From Lingula anatina (Eukaryota; Animalia; Brachiopoda), in NCBI GenBank assembly GCA_051362555.1, contig CM120643.1, positions 23,316,848 to 23,380,847 on the forward strand: DNA of 64,000 nt, in the 5' to 3' direction. Below the pieces are notes generated by a model that had not been told where the DNA came from, did no database searches, and saw only the letters and a list, made by a program, of their open reading frames with translations. A program made the translations under genes and the position numbers. This document shows positions 35,197 to 48,676 of the stretch, in pieces. Numbering within the stretch: position 1 is the first letter of the stretch; each line of letters begins with the position of its first letter.

Positions 35197-38100
35197 CGCG
35201 TGTGTGTGCGTGACCGCATGCTTGCTTGCTTGCTCAAGATTGCATTTAAATTTAGGCACGCTATTTTCTAATTGTTTTAGCAATTAAAATTATATTAGCC
35301 AGTCGAATCGACGGTGAATAAAAAAACTCTCTTCATCTACTTAGTCAATGATTTACTTTCTTCCCGCCAAAGCGTCATTTTCAGCCGTTGCCTCTATACA
35401 GAAATTACCATCTCTCCGCCAAATGCTCGTCTTTATTATCTTTTCACTATTTAGTTATCTTCATAAACTAACTTCACAGCGACAAATCGATTCAAAGGCG
35501 CTACTGGTTGCCTCCAATATGACTGGCGTATTTAAAAATAAAAGATCAAAAGTGTCTGAGGCGGCGCTCAGTGCCTTGGGGACAAACACTTACAGCGAGA
35601 AAATATAGGAAGACAAGCTTCACATCACAGCTAATTTCTAACACTAGGTTAACAACCGCATTTGATCGCCAGATCTCACATAAACCGACGAGGATGGATA
35701 TTGCATTATAGTTGCCGGCGTTGCGCTTCACTTGGAATAGATTGGTATCTGCGTCTCTTGCCAACATAAATAATATACTTAAGCGCTGCTTATCTGGCAC
35801 CAGCATCAGTAGGTTGATTCTCCCTGGTTCCAGGACCCATATTCACTAGGGTTTAACCTCTTATTAGTGGGGTTATGCTGGCACTGTTGCAAATACCGAA
35901 AATAATTGGAGAGATGACTTGGCTTGGCAGCACCATTTTTAGTTTATACATACAGAATAAGATAGACAAGAACATGGGGCCTATATGCTCATGCAAACAC
36001 TTCCCCACACAAGCAGCCGCTCGCGTACACATCTTTTCTTGTGCATACTTTGACAGGCATGAACACTTGAGACATGATGATGATATTATATATTTTCAAG
36101 ATTACTACGTATGCACATCATATACCTCTGTACCCCCACGTGCTACCCCCCCTCTTTTCTCATGGGGCACGGTTCAGTTCTTGAATTTATCAATACATAT
36201 TTAGTTATTATAAATATGTATAAATAAATTATACGGAATGATCACTTCAACTTGATTCACTTAGTTTCGTCTTGAACATTCTACGTCTGCTTCAGAGGGG
36301 CGGGCTATTTATTGTTGTCTTATTCCTTAGTTAATATTTACCTATGAGGGTATCCTAAGAAAACGATTAGTTTCATTTCCTATGTAAATAGTTCATTGAT
36401 GGACATCTTCAGTAAAACATTTTTTAAACTTCAATTAATGTCTTTAACCCGTGTCCTAAAACGTGAGGTTAACAGAGACGATCAATCAAAATGACACGAT
36501 CGCTAAGATCGTTTTTCTTCATTACTCTCACAGCCCAATTGGGCATAAAGTTACATTCTGTGAACCGATTCTCTGAATTGCTCAGCCAAGTGTAACCGAA
36601 CGCTTGAAAAGTTGTGATTAATACACAGATTTGTCATTCTGATCTACCAAGCACCATCGCATCAATAAAAGACGTGCCGCATGTAACTTTTAGGTGGCTG
36701 TCCAATTGAATGTTATTTATTAGCATCGAAAATGGGAATTTCTGATACAAAATTCATTGGAGCGTGAAGTACTTAACGGCAGAGTGATGCAAGATATGAA
36801 AAAAAATGGCATGGGTACAGTCAATAGGGGAAAAAGCTTACAAAGTCATTGCTTTAATTGTCCTGATGGGATAAAAGGGGGGTACAGTCAGTGTAGTTGA
36901 GGGCAATTGAAGGTAGGCTTAAGTCCACTTATCGCCAAATAATGTGTGCGACTGTGCGCTCAAAAGTCTGGCAGAAATTTTGAAAGAACTTGCTTGCAGG
37001 CGAGGTATAATATTAAGGCCTTGGAAATTAACGGTAGATAATCGACAGCTTCCGAATACGGTTCACGAATAAATAAATAGATAAATAAATAAATAACAGC
37101 TGATAGCTCGGAAAGAAGAATACCAGAAAAAGCGAATGAATGCGAGTCTGCAGGTGCATGAGCAGTTGCTCTGGCTTGGTTTAACGCCAAAAAAGGAAAA
37201 CTAAATGAGTTGGCAAACCGCAAAGATCAGTGCCTTAAAAGCAACGTGGGATCTTAACAGAGTCGAAATCTAATAAATAGCAATTGAATGCTCGATAATT
37301 GTAAATTTCATATCCTATTTTCAAAACAGGGGCTTTGGTAACAGCAAACAATTGGTACGCATTTTAGCTCGTTGTCGTAGAAAGAATTCTATTTTGTCTA
37401 AAAAGGTCGACCGTGCATTAAAAATAAGAATTTGGGCTTGAATTGCAATTGTAAAAAACTGTCTATAAGCAAACCAACAACCTGTAGGTCTAGTTTCTTA
37501 AGCCTCCCCTCGTGCCATCTGGATAACTAGATAATCCTGATGGTATTCGAAACTAAACTGACGCCTCGACTGCCTCATCCTAAACCGCTCTGTATAGAAC
37601 ATTCTGTCGATAAAAGCTTACAACTGAGATTTTTCTATTCCATAAATGCGCCTCCTGATATACATGGGCCGTTTCATTCCAATGTATCATTATCGATTCA
37701 ATGGTAATACGGTCTTTATTTAATCTCTGCAAAATAGGGTTTGCTATTCAACTATTTGCGGGAATTGAAATGAGATAAAAAGAAAACACGCCAGAGTTGG
37801 GTATATGAATAGAAATCGAATAAAACGTGATAAAATAAATACTAACGTATCCTTCCTTTTTGATAAACTTTGCAAATAGTCTTCTTGTGCACCAATTTTA
37901 ACAGCTAAAACATACTGAATGCATTGCAATTGAATTATTATTGATATCAATGGATGGAGTAATTGCAATGTTATAGCACAGTATAATTTTACAAAGACAC
38001 GGCTAATGATAAAAACAATAACTACATTAAAAGATAAAGTAACATAATTAAGGAGTGAACAAGTTTGCGCTTTGTTCAAACCACGTTTGGTGTTTTTTAT

Positions 38101-38487
38101 GCTTGGAGAGATAAGACTATTTAAAAATTAGGGCCAATTAGATTCAGATTCGGTTAGAAAATCAGGTGCCAGATGCGTCTCGTTTTTTTCCGAAAACTGC
38201 AAGTTTAACTTTCTAGGAATAAAATAATTCAATCACAATTTACCCACATGTGGCATTCCTGCATAATGTGAACGTAAACTTGCACGTGCGTGTACAGCAA
38301 TTTTTAATACTATGACGTTGTTTATTGATCACTAATTATAACATCATTAAAGGGGCTTTTCTGAATGCTGGGTGAGTATATTTTACGTGTTGGAACAACA
38401 AATACCAGCACATGCATGCAAACGCATATGCACTTAGTGTTGCGTGCATTCAAGTACATACATGTAACGCATAGTTCACAACACTCA

Positions 38488-39116
38488 AGCATAGATTACA
38501 TTTGCCCCGGGCGCCGTACAAGGAAATAGTATACGAAACTCCGTACGATTTTTTCAGACATAGTAAGTAGCTGCGGGCTACGTTTTCATTATGTGTCCTT
38601 TCTACGACATGACATTTAGGTCACATTGGGAAACATCGGTTTTTTGGTTGAAAAGTGATCGTACAGAGCCCTTTCATTATCAGCTGTCTTAAGCCTTCCG
38701 TGCGGCTTCCTTAAAGATCAATATGTTGTCGGTACAGCCTCTACGATTTTTACGCCCATGTGGTCAAAATAAGGAAAAATTACAATTCCATATCTTGCAA
38801 GTAAATTACAATACGTTTTAAACATCTTTATGATCGTTCTGCCTCCTGAAAAAACCAAAGGTTTAAAAGAGACCATCAACAGGTCCAATCATGTCGTTCA
38901 CCGCAAGTCCATCGTATTGGAGCTGTGCCATGACATCTACGATAACGTTTCGGGCTTACGGTTTTAAAGATTTGTCAAATGTTTAGATTGACAACTTTGT
39001 TGAGGCTATTGAGGCTGTGAATTCATGAGCTTTCGTATGTCCCACGACCACCGTCTAAACGGGATTTACGGGCATCGTACCGACATCGCATGGCGTATGT
39101 ACATGTAATCTAGGCT
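38488..39116 (-). mobile_element. Older copy of the Harbinger-like family (629 bp)
   Basis: Ends agcatagattacattt and atgtaatctaggct. The interior cgggcgccgt...ccgtacgatttttt...cgggctacg matches the reverse complement of 15638-15735. Flanks are TCA/TGA (degenerate TNA). Confidence 0.7.
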
Positions 39117-39132
39117 TGACGAAACTACTCAC

Positions 39133-39727
39133 CGGAATCCGTATCAAACGTATCCACCAGAGCCGTCCTAGTGAACTGTTGAGTCAGGGACGTTTTCCCC
39201 ACTCCGTGGGCACCCAGTATGACAATCTTAAACCTCTCCGGTTCAGAACCTTCCACCTCAAAACAATCCTCGGACGCTATGCTGCTGGTCCGACTGACGG
39301 ATCTCGAGCGAGGACCCTCTGCTCCGTCTTCAGCGCTGGCTGCAGTGTCACTTGAGGCACTTCCGATCCTCTTTTTACGCTTCTTTACGGAATCCCCTCT
39401 TTGCAGGAGCCCTTTGGAGTTCAGGCTGAATTCACGGACTAAGTAGTACTCTACTTCGGTAAGGTTGTCGTGTTCATTTTTTGGGGGTACAGGTTTCTTT
39501 TTGGGGCGATAACTGCAGGCGGGCACGCTTCCGCTCCTTCGACGGTAGCTTGGGCTTTCGGCGGCCTCTCTCGTCCGAGGACGCCGACACGACATCGAAC
39601 GTCCAAGCATGTTGTTATTCTCTAGCTGCAGCCGTGCAGCTGCTTCTGTAATAATTTCTTCCTCGTCTCCAAGGTTAAGTGTCTGCCCCGGCCACACATT
39701 ACCGCTGCCGTCCCTAGCGTAAGCCAT
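39133..39727 (-). CDS. RGK-like (Rem/Rad/Gem family) small GTPase A, exon 1 (gene 25068-39727, 368 aa)
   Basis: Long Ser/Arg-rich N-terminus, then FKIVILGAHGVGKTSLTQQFT (G1) ...DTFDTDS+G and a GTGAGT donor. The four exons sum to 1107 nt in frame. Confidence 0.9.
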
Positions 39728-40269
39728 TTATAATTTCTTTCTTCAATTTTTTTTCGTAAGTTTTAAATCCAATCGCTCTTACAGCGTCTATTTCATTTCC
39801 AATAGGCCAACCTGCTTTTTGTGTTGATCAATATGACTAACCGAAAATCTACATTCCTTTCAAACGCTAGGTCTTCTCTGGAGCGCTTTTGTGAGGATTC
39901 TGGTCTACATTGAGCTCCCTTTTGGGTTTTGTAGTGGTCTTGTCTGAAGGCGTTGATATAGACTATGTCGTCACTAAATTAATAGATCCCGGGAGCCAGA
40001 AGAAGGAACCGGCCCATCGATCGGTTGGTCTGCCTATAGAAAGGCATACTGCACTGCTTTGGAAGTCACGCACGGTTTTTACCTCTCAGGGCAAGGGACC
40101 CCGATCTTGCTCGCCTTTTATCACACGAGATACCGTTATGACAATTAACTATTCAGAGGACAAACACTGAGTCCAGTAGAAATAAGTAATATGTATTCGA
40201 AAATGTTAACTGCACTTTTTGAAGAATATTTCTTGCAGCGAAGGTGTGGGTTGCAGTGAGCTAAACCCC

Positions 40270-40360
40270 CCCCCGGATTTCCAATATCCTATTTGTACTA
40301 GTGATGTCAATACTAGTAAGCGTCAAAGACGGTTGAGTTGAGCTGGGTTGAGTCACGTAA
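40270..40360 (-). promoter_or_regulatory. Candidate upstream regulatory cluster of RGK-A
   Basis: CCAAT 40281, CRE-like TGATGTCA 40302, half-CRE CGTCA 40321, AP-1 TGAGTCA 40349, about 0.55-0.63 kb upstream of the ATG. Confidence 0.35.
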
Positions 40361-43300
40361 ACCTTAATAACGGGATATATAATATGTAGATACATTTCAC
40401 CCCTTGTACATGATGGAAGAATCGACACTCGCTCTTTGCCACGTAGAGTGACAGGTAACTTCTGCTATTAAAATGAATGAATTGTTTGATTTCAGAGCAC
40501 TGTGTATAATGGAAATGCCCCTGTCAGTATTTGGAAATTGATGAAAAATCATCGAAGCGCGATATTCGCACGGCCCACGAGACCAAAATATGTCGACATA
40601 CATGTAGTAAAGATTGATTATAATAGCTTTAATAAAGTCATCGCTATTGCATGTAGTTAATAAAATCCTTTGCAGTTTTTTAATCAAATTTTCAGTCATG
40701 CAATTTCGTATGAGGTAAGTCATTTTATGAGCCTGATATGCGTGTTTTGATACACAGAACTAATTCATTACTCAGAATGTTTGTTTTGAAAACGCGGTAT
40801 TGGCCCGTGTACAGCGTACATACATGTACTCTTACGAGATGCCAAGAATCCATCTCCGATACGACCGCTGTCAACATTTATTAACTTAAAACAACCAACC
40901 AGCATTTTCCTTACCCAAGCAAGTCAACACTGATATTACGCTTGATGTTCAAGGGAGATATCGCGATGCAAATCTTCCAGCAACCCGTTTGTAATCCAGT
41001 TTCAAAGAGATCTAAATTAAATTTGCATTTTGCGAAAAGGCCAATAGGTATAGCATCTGTTTAAACACGATTAGTTCATCACTACTCCTATAATGGTGTT
41101 TGTTTTAATCAGCCCAATCTGATTTGGCTTTCTTTATATCAAAGGCTGACTGTAGATTCTCGAGCCACTCATCATTTGATCCTCATCTTCTCTCACTGTT
41201 TGAACACTCAAGTTATTTAATAACTAGTACTTATCTTTATTTTCAAATAATTACCAACAATATAATATGCTGTTAAAAACATTCATGAAGATAAGCTCAC
41301 TACTACTTTTTAGAAACCTATCGACAGTTTCGTTAATTACATGTAGGTTTGTTGACAACTGAGGCTGTCTAAAATTTTAACTCACTCTTAAAATTGGGAA
41401 ATTAATTTTTTAGGAATAGATTGTAGCGTAACTGTTTACAGATCCAATGGGCTTATTTTCTCAATAAAATGTTATGATTGTCATTGCAAAAATATCCGAA
41501 TCACGTTAATACGTACAGACCAGCGGACACAGGTGTCCAGTACCGCTGAAGAACACCCATTGAATTACATTTAATAGAACCAAACACAATTTTGTCTCAG
41601 AGCGAAAGAACAAAGATAATGAATATGAAACATAAAAAGGCATCGACATTTTACTTTATCACAATGTATCGGATAATTGCTGCAATGAAGGAGCATCGTC
41701 CATTCACGTGTGGGTGAAACTCCCCAATTCTAGCACAATTCTGACTTATCTGTTGCATGACAGAAATGATAACATATGCTGTATTAATCTGAATGGTCAG
41801 GTACATGCACACCCTGGTATCCAATCCTTTAAAGCACTCTTTGGGCTCATTCCCATTAAAACTCTGGGTCTACGTAGCTCTTCTTTCCACCGTGCTCGTA
41901 TAATAACAGCTGTTCTGTATTCTACTGGGAGCGAGAAGAAGGGGTGTAAATCTGTTAAGATGAATAGTTTCCTTGCGGAGCTGGATCTTGCAATCTACGA
42001 AGTCCGATAGGTTCATTGGGAATGAACCCTTAAAGTAGAGACATGAATCGCGTGGCATTCACGTTCGAAGTTTCAAACACAGGGTGCCCTGGCCTGGTCA
42101 CCGTTGATAAAAAACTACGTTCTTTGCTATCGATTTTCATTGTTCTGCGGCCTTATTCTGCTGCAAATGCACATTTTGATTCTTTTGCATTGCTCGAACA
42201 TCTGCAGTGAAGAAACTGTGGGCAGAAATTTTTAGCGCCAAAATATACAATAACCAAATTTTCTTGGCGTCACTGACAGTTTTGTATAATTAGATTGACG
42301 TACATGTATGTGGTTCTACAAATTTCTTCAGGTGGACGCGGATAGCTCGAGAGTTCAGTTCCTTTCATTTTTTTACATATTTGATACAATATTAAAGGGT
42401 CCTTCCATAAAAAGTGGACATTTGGGTAACGTCGACCACGCAAATATTTTTAATTGAACTTGGTCGGTTATTCCTGTTATTTAATACAACATGCATATTA
42501 ATTGCCCCGCACTATGGAAGAAATCAACAGTGAAGTTATACGTATAAAACGGTAACACAAGTGTGTTTCTCACTGGCATGTCTCAAATGTTCACTTTCTT
42601 GTGGAATGACTCGATCAGATAAAAAAAATTCACCTGCACTGTATGCAGAAAATAATGTTTCAATATTATACATAGACACCAAGTTAAAAATATTCCCTAC
42701 GTTTTCCGGGAAGGAATATGTTTTGTATAATTAGATTACATGCACATTTGGTCGTCAGTTTATATCCTTTTATCCATAATTGTTTGAAATACAAAATGCA
42801 TTGCATTGCATTGAGAAGATTGAAAAGGATTTCCTCGTAGGTTTTAGGTACAGAAGTTATTAATGTTATATTTCCTTGATATTTCGTGACCCTGAACGCC
42901 ACTTCAGTGTAATAACGATCGAATAAAGATAGGGCATACCAAACGGAAAGCATTTCTAAAACCAATTTTCTGAAATAAGATTTATAGTCACCTGGTATCG
43001 TGGAAGTACACATTGTACCGACGTCACCCAAAGTTCGCCCAGCCAAATTTCCGGTCTTGGTTTAAAGGTTCCAATACAAATCGAATCTTCCTGGAAAAAA
43101 TGAGTACTCACGAACCATAGCTTCATATTTACATGACACGAGAAGGGGGTGAGTTCCTTTTCGATATCTTGTAAGCGACAAAGCACGTTGATTTGATCTT
43201 TTATTATTTTAGTTAAATATCTAGTTATACATGCTCCCCGTTAAGTTGAGACATTCATATCTGAGCATTTCAGCCTGAAATATAGAAAGCAGGTACTTAT

Positions 43301-46300
43301 ACGTAAGGAGTTTTATCAGTTTAAAATCTGGATTGAGAACGATAAGTACATGCAGGTAAAACTTGGCAGGTAAAGTTGGCATCTAGAAAATAAGACTTGG
43401 GTACAATTTCAAACGAGGATGGTATAATTCTTATTTTAATTCAAAGAAGTTGTAACATTATGTTTGGTGAATTAAAAAAACAGAAGAATGATGGAACAGC
43501 TAGATGTTTAGAGTCTGCTTTCTACAGAAACGGGGAACATTCACCCTAGCTGGTCAACCCATTAAATACATTAGGAGACGCGGCAGTGGTTACAGTAGCC
43601 ACCTTTTGTTGAGGTCTGGATGCGTTTTACTATCTGTTAATTTCATTTGACCACAAGGGATATATATATAGTAATTGATTTTCCTTTATTAAATTACCAC
43701 ACGCTGAGGCCAAAGAGTTCACGGTGGTAGTAGCATTGTATGATGGAGTCTTGAGATGAAACCTGTGAATGTTTTTTTTTTTGTAGATACCGAAAAGACA
43801 GTCAATTCGTAATTGAGAGAGAGAGAGAGAGGTGCATTGGTGAGCACCTTGCGAATCACTCCTACGTTTATCACGTACATGTACATTGCAGCCGTGTTAA
43901 TGGCGCCATGGCGCAGGTATAAATGATGTGCTTGTATGAAAGATAATCCAGGCGACCACCGTTGACAATCATCAGCTTAAGGTGATAGTGCTGAAATTAC
44001 GACTGTTCACCACAACTCATCACAGAAATAATAGATTATCGGCACTGAAAAGTTGATTATTAGATCCGAGTTCAGGTCATCCTTTGAACCAGGCGATTCC
44101 GGTGTGGCTCACGAAAGAAGGGGGCACAGATAAAAATGCTTCCCGTCGTTTCACAATTATAAAACAGTTGACAAGGGTAATTTGACTGTAAAAAATGGGG
44201 CACTAATCGACCTTATGCCAATCTGTCCATGTGTTTCATAATTATTGAGCTTTTTCAATTTGGAACGAGTCTTTGACTTGCCATACACAAATATTATGTT
44301 CGTTAATGGCTCTGTCATATTTAACACTGATCATGAAATATAATGAATGGTCCGTGTTCCGTTATAGTAGAGGTAAAATACAGTGCGAACTAAGGGCCGT
44401 GATGCAAGGACACGTTTGGATTCTTAAGTCCCATGATCTCGGGCTGGCACGCTGTCAAAGAACGCATACCAATCCCATGCTACCGGTACGAATATTACAT
44501 AGTCGAATAACTCACGCAACCATCTCGTTGATTGCGTCAATGTTTGTGTATTAAACCCTTAGTTCTCTACTTAAATTCACGCTTCTTGCATACAATCAAT
44601 ATCATGGAATAACGCAATCGCGAGTGCCTTTATACTTTCAACTGTCGAAATGACATCATGATGGTAATGCGCATACATTTGTAGCTGGCATTTTATCTTT
44701 CTTTTATATCTTTTCGTGGTATTAGATGTCTTCAAGTAATGTACTTAATAATGCGAAACTAAGCAGATATTTTGCTGATTCAAAATACATTTCAGGCATT
44801 ATACACACCGTACAATAGTTCCTGACATGTGTGCAATGTATATTTAATATCTACGTTCTAAATGTATCGTCATTTTCATTCTCCTTGTTTCCATGTTCGT
44901 GGTTGGTATAAAAATATGTTCACACGCGATCAGAACTTCATTACTTGACCGTGGAGTTTTAATCAGTGAAATTTGTTCCTCTAAACTCAGAATGATTATA
45001 TGTTACGACATTTCTTTCACAATCATTACGTAAGTGACTTGAATTTTCCGATCGATCAATCTTTGTTTGTCTTTCAAACGTTTCAAATTGCTACTTCTTT
45101 AATACCTTTATGTGGTACCTCAAACTGCATTAAATATTGTCGTATACTTAGATCTGTATAGCGTCAAGTGCAGACTGTGCCGACCGTTGATATTTGTTTT
45201 CAAGCGCCTAGAAACCCAATTCCGTCGTCTGCCTTGCGCATATTGCAAAATGTCTGATTTCAATAATCTTTTTTTAAAAATGCATAGTGTTAATGTGCAG
45301 TTTGTTGAATGGCTTTTAATGTGATATGCATAGGGAAATTTCCACAGGGAATATTGGAATCTAGTAATAATGGTGTCTGTGGAGTCAAAGCGACAGATAT
45401 TCATCTTTAACACAATGCAATCAGTTATTTATGGCGTATTCAGAACATGCCACTAATTGTTTTAAATTTGATAATCCAATGCCAAACCCTTCTGGGACTG
45501 GAGGAAAATATTATAAAAGTCTTATGCCCCCATTTCCATAGATCACCACCCATCTTTGCGACATAAATCGATCTTACTCTGCTACTCTCCACGACATTGC
45601 GTAGAACACAGAAAAGCCTGTAAGTATACAGGTACGAGTAACAAAAGGAGACCTATCATTCAGTTAAGCTTATTGCACTCAGCGAAAGTCTCCTCAGAGC
45701 TGGATCTACGGAGACCATTGGTGTTTATGGAAATGGGGTTTCAACATCCCTAAGGCTGCAAAATTTTATTTAAAAATCATCATGGTGTTTAACTCATTTG
45801 CTGTTGGTAGTCTTTGAAACAAGGTCAAAGCAACACATTCTTGAATTTCAACAAAGAGTACATTCTTACCTCTGTTTCAACCCACATTACTGATATGGTG
45901 TGAGCTCAAACTGCCTTTGTTTTATGGGCCAATAGTTCGTAAAATGTGCTTACTCATATGCATGGGGTTCAATATCGCAATTCGAATTATATGGTATTGT
46001 ATCTTACATGTATATGGTTATCGGAGTATAGTAGGCTTACAGGTAGCTAAATACAATCGTGTTTAGTTCTTTATTGAAGAGCCAAGCAGAAAACTCAGCT
46101 CATATTATCACAATACATGATATAAAGCAATTTGACACTGCCACAGGTAGGACTCCTTGTTTTAACTGCAGGTATATTCATGCTGCCAATATCAAATTTC
46201 GAATTTCTACGCAAAGGTATGGATGATTACAAAAGGAAATCTGACGAAGGAATGTGGAAATCATATGGGTAGATCAATGAATTTTTTTAGACCAGTGCGC

Positions 46301-48449
46301 TTTATTGATACACTTTTTTTTTGCTCAAGGTAATGCTGCTCAAGGATAAGTGACACTTGAGAGACTTGAGTTAATGGAAAATATTTGTTTCAAAATCCCG
46401 ATGATGCTTATCTTTAGGAATTTTTTTTATGGATAGCAATCAAATAATGTGGATAGAAAACAAGTCAAGGTTATTCCCATAAAAAAGATCAATTATGAGG
46501 GCAGATGTTTCTCCAAATGACAACATTTGGCTTTTATTGCCATTTTAAAAAGCGATTTGACTCAATGATCTTTGCTATTATACACTGGACCATATGACAC
46601 GTTAAGGCAACAAGTACGTCTACTTCCCTTCTGGAAATGTAACATTATGAACATTGACAACATGTTCACTAGGGCAGCATGAAACATACTTGTGTACGTA
46701 ACGTGAATGCATTGCTCTTTGTTTCGAGGGGTTCTCCTGTGAGATTTAAAACAATGTCACTTTAACTTACATTCAAGAATGTGCTTTTGTCGGTTTTTGT
46801 CGAGTCCATAGACCCTTTCAGGTGGTATAATCTGCTAAAGTCTGCTTCAAATTTACGGCTGTTACGTTGCTAAGAAACTTATGTAGGAACACTATACAAT
46901 ATACTTCTGCTGTTGTGACATATTATAATGTTTTCAATTTAAACAATGTCCCTCATTCAATAGGACTGTCTTTTAGAGACCATCTTTTGTACGGTCAATA
47001 TTGTTCACCCGCAAGAAAAAGATCATCTGCCACAAATGCGCTTGGTGAGCCACTTTGGACAATGCTTATAGCATACATTGTACAGGTCTCAAAATCTTAA
47101 CAAGGTTTAGAACTTGACTTGGCTTCTTATGAAATGCCTTAATGAAGATACGGACACAATGTAAGTTGCAAATAAGACTAATCCAAATAAGAATTTCATT
47201 TATATATGCATAATTTTCTGTTTGTGTGAGGAGGCATCTTTAAGGTACTTTTGATACTCAATGTAGCAACCAACTGGCAGCATTATAAATGATATGTAAC
47301 TCAAGACCACACAAATGCATGCATGTAGTCCAATTACTTGATATTAGAGGGACGTATGTCAGGAAGGTGCCTTAATTTAAGCAATTTGGTGTTTTTTATT
47401 ACTGACGACCTTAAATAATCTGAATATGTTGAATTCCAGAAAGCTCAACCACAGGTGTTTTATCTACTGCAACGTGGAGTGTCCATTTCAACGTGCCAAA
47501 CTGTTTTTATCATATCTGGCACGGGTGGACCAAACTTTTATTCTGTCTGTTCGATGATTTAAAGGGACGTATTATTATTATTATTATTATAATAATTATT
47601 ATTATTGTTATTATTATTATATGCACTGTTTGAATTTTTTTATTTTATTGGCAAGAACTTTTCACCATCACAATGTTTTAAATACTTTTAAAAGGCCTAC
47701 TTTCCTTTGCATTACAAGTGGAACCGTGTGATTTGCTTGTATCATACATACAAGTAGCAAATTATGTCATTTATCATATTTTATTGAAAATCGTGCAATA
47801 ACAATAACAACAACGTCAATTTGAATGATGTCAAACATGTCCTAACTCCGCTTCATGGAGTATTTTGTAAAGATAATTATTTAGTTTGTCTTTCTTTTTA
47901 ACTGGCAGATTTATCCGCTTCTTCCTTTCCCGCTCAAGGTATGGCAAAATTGAAAACATACACCATTATTCTAACTTGTGCTAACTTGCGTTGGTAAAAT
48001 ACATAGCGTATGTAAAAAGGCTGAATTGGTCATGTCATCACCAATTTTGATAATACTCTGCATGTAGACTGCATGGGCTTCGGTTATTCGTAATTTTGTT
48101 CAGTTGTATCTACCAATAAAATGCCATGGAGCCATGTATGGTTTTCGTCCTTTTTGTCTTTCAAGTGGGTGAAGGCACATTGTTGTATTTGAAATCACCT
48201 ACATGTAATATAGAAATAGTTCATCTCGAAGCTCTTAATTGAGCATAAAAGTTGACCTGTCAGTTACAACGCATTGTATTTTAACTGTTTGTGCGTGAGT
48301 GTTCAACTGCAGTCGAAAATGAGACTTCCCGCAAAATGCATTTTCTCCTAAAGATGGCGCTGCGCCTTTGTTAATCCGAGACAAGACACACCTTCTAGTG
48401 TTAGGTATCCCGAACAGAGTGTTGTCTACATTGAGACCCATCAACGGTA

Positions 48450-48676
48450 TTACCCATAAGTTATTTCACAATCTGATGGTTCGGAGCAATCAAAACTCAG
48501 AATTCGACGAAAGAATTTCTTTGCACTTGTTCCTCTCTTCAGTTTCCTCTCCCCGTCGCCAGTCCTCTGTTTCAGATGTGTTAAAATGCCAACCAATAAT
48601 TCGTCGACTTGGTGCTTCAGTACTGCCGATGTTTCTATGTATTTGGCATCGTAAAGCGTGGCAATGAGTTTCCCAT
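48450..48676 (-). CDS. RGK-like small GTPase B, exon 4 (last)
   Basis: gtttcag acceptor, phase 1; DGKLIATLYDAKYIETSAVLKHQVDELLVGILTHLKQRTGDGERKLKRGTSAKKFFRRILSFDCSEPSDCEITYG*. This frame is absent from the ORF track. Confidence 0.9.

Noticed and set aside
42992-43091. Exon-like segment on the minus strand (tttttccag...gtgact; EDSICIGTFKPRPEIW...)
   Set aside because: No recognisable homology and no neighbouring exons. It lies between the RGK genes and is not needed by either model.
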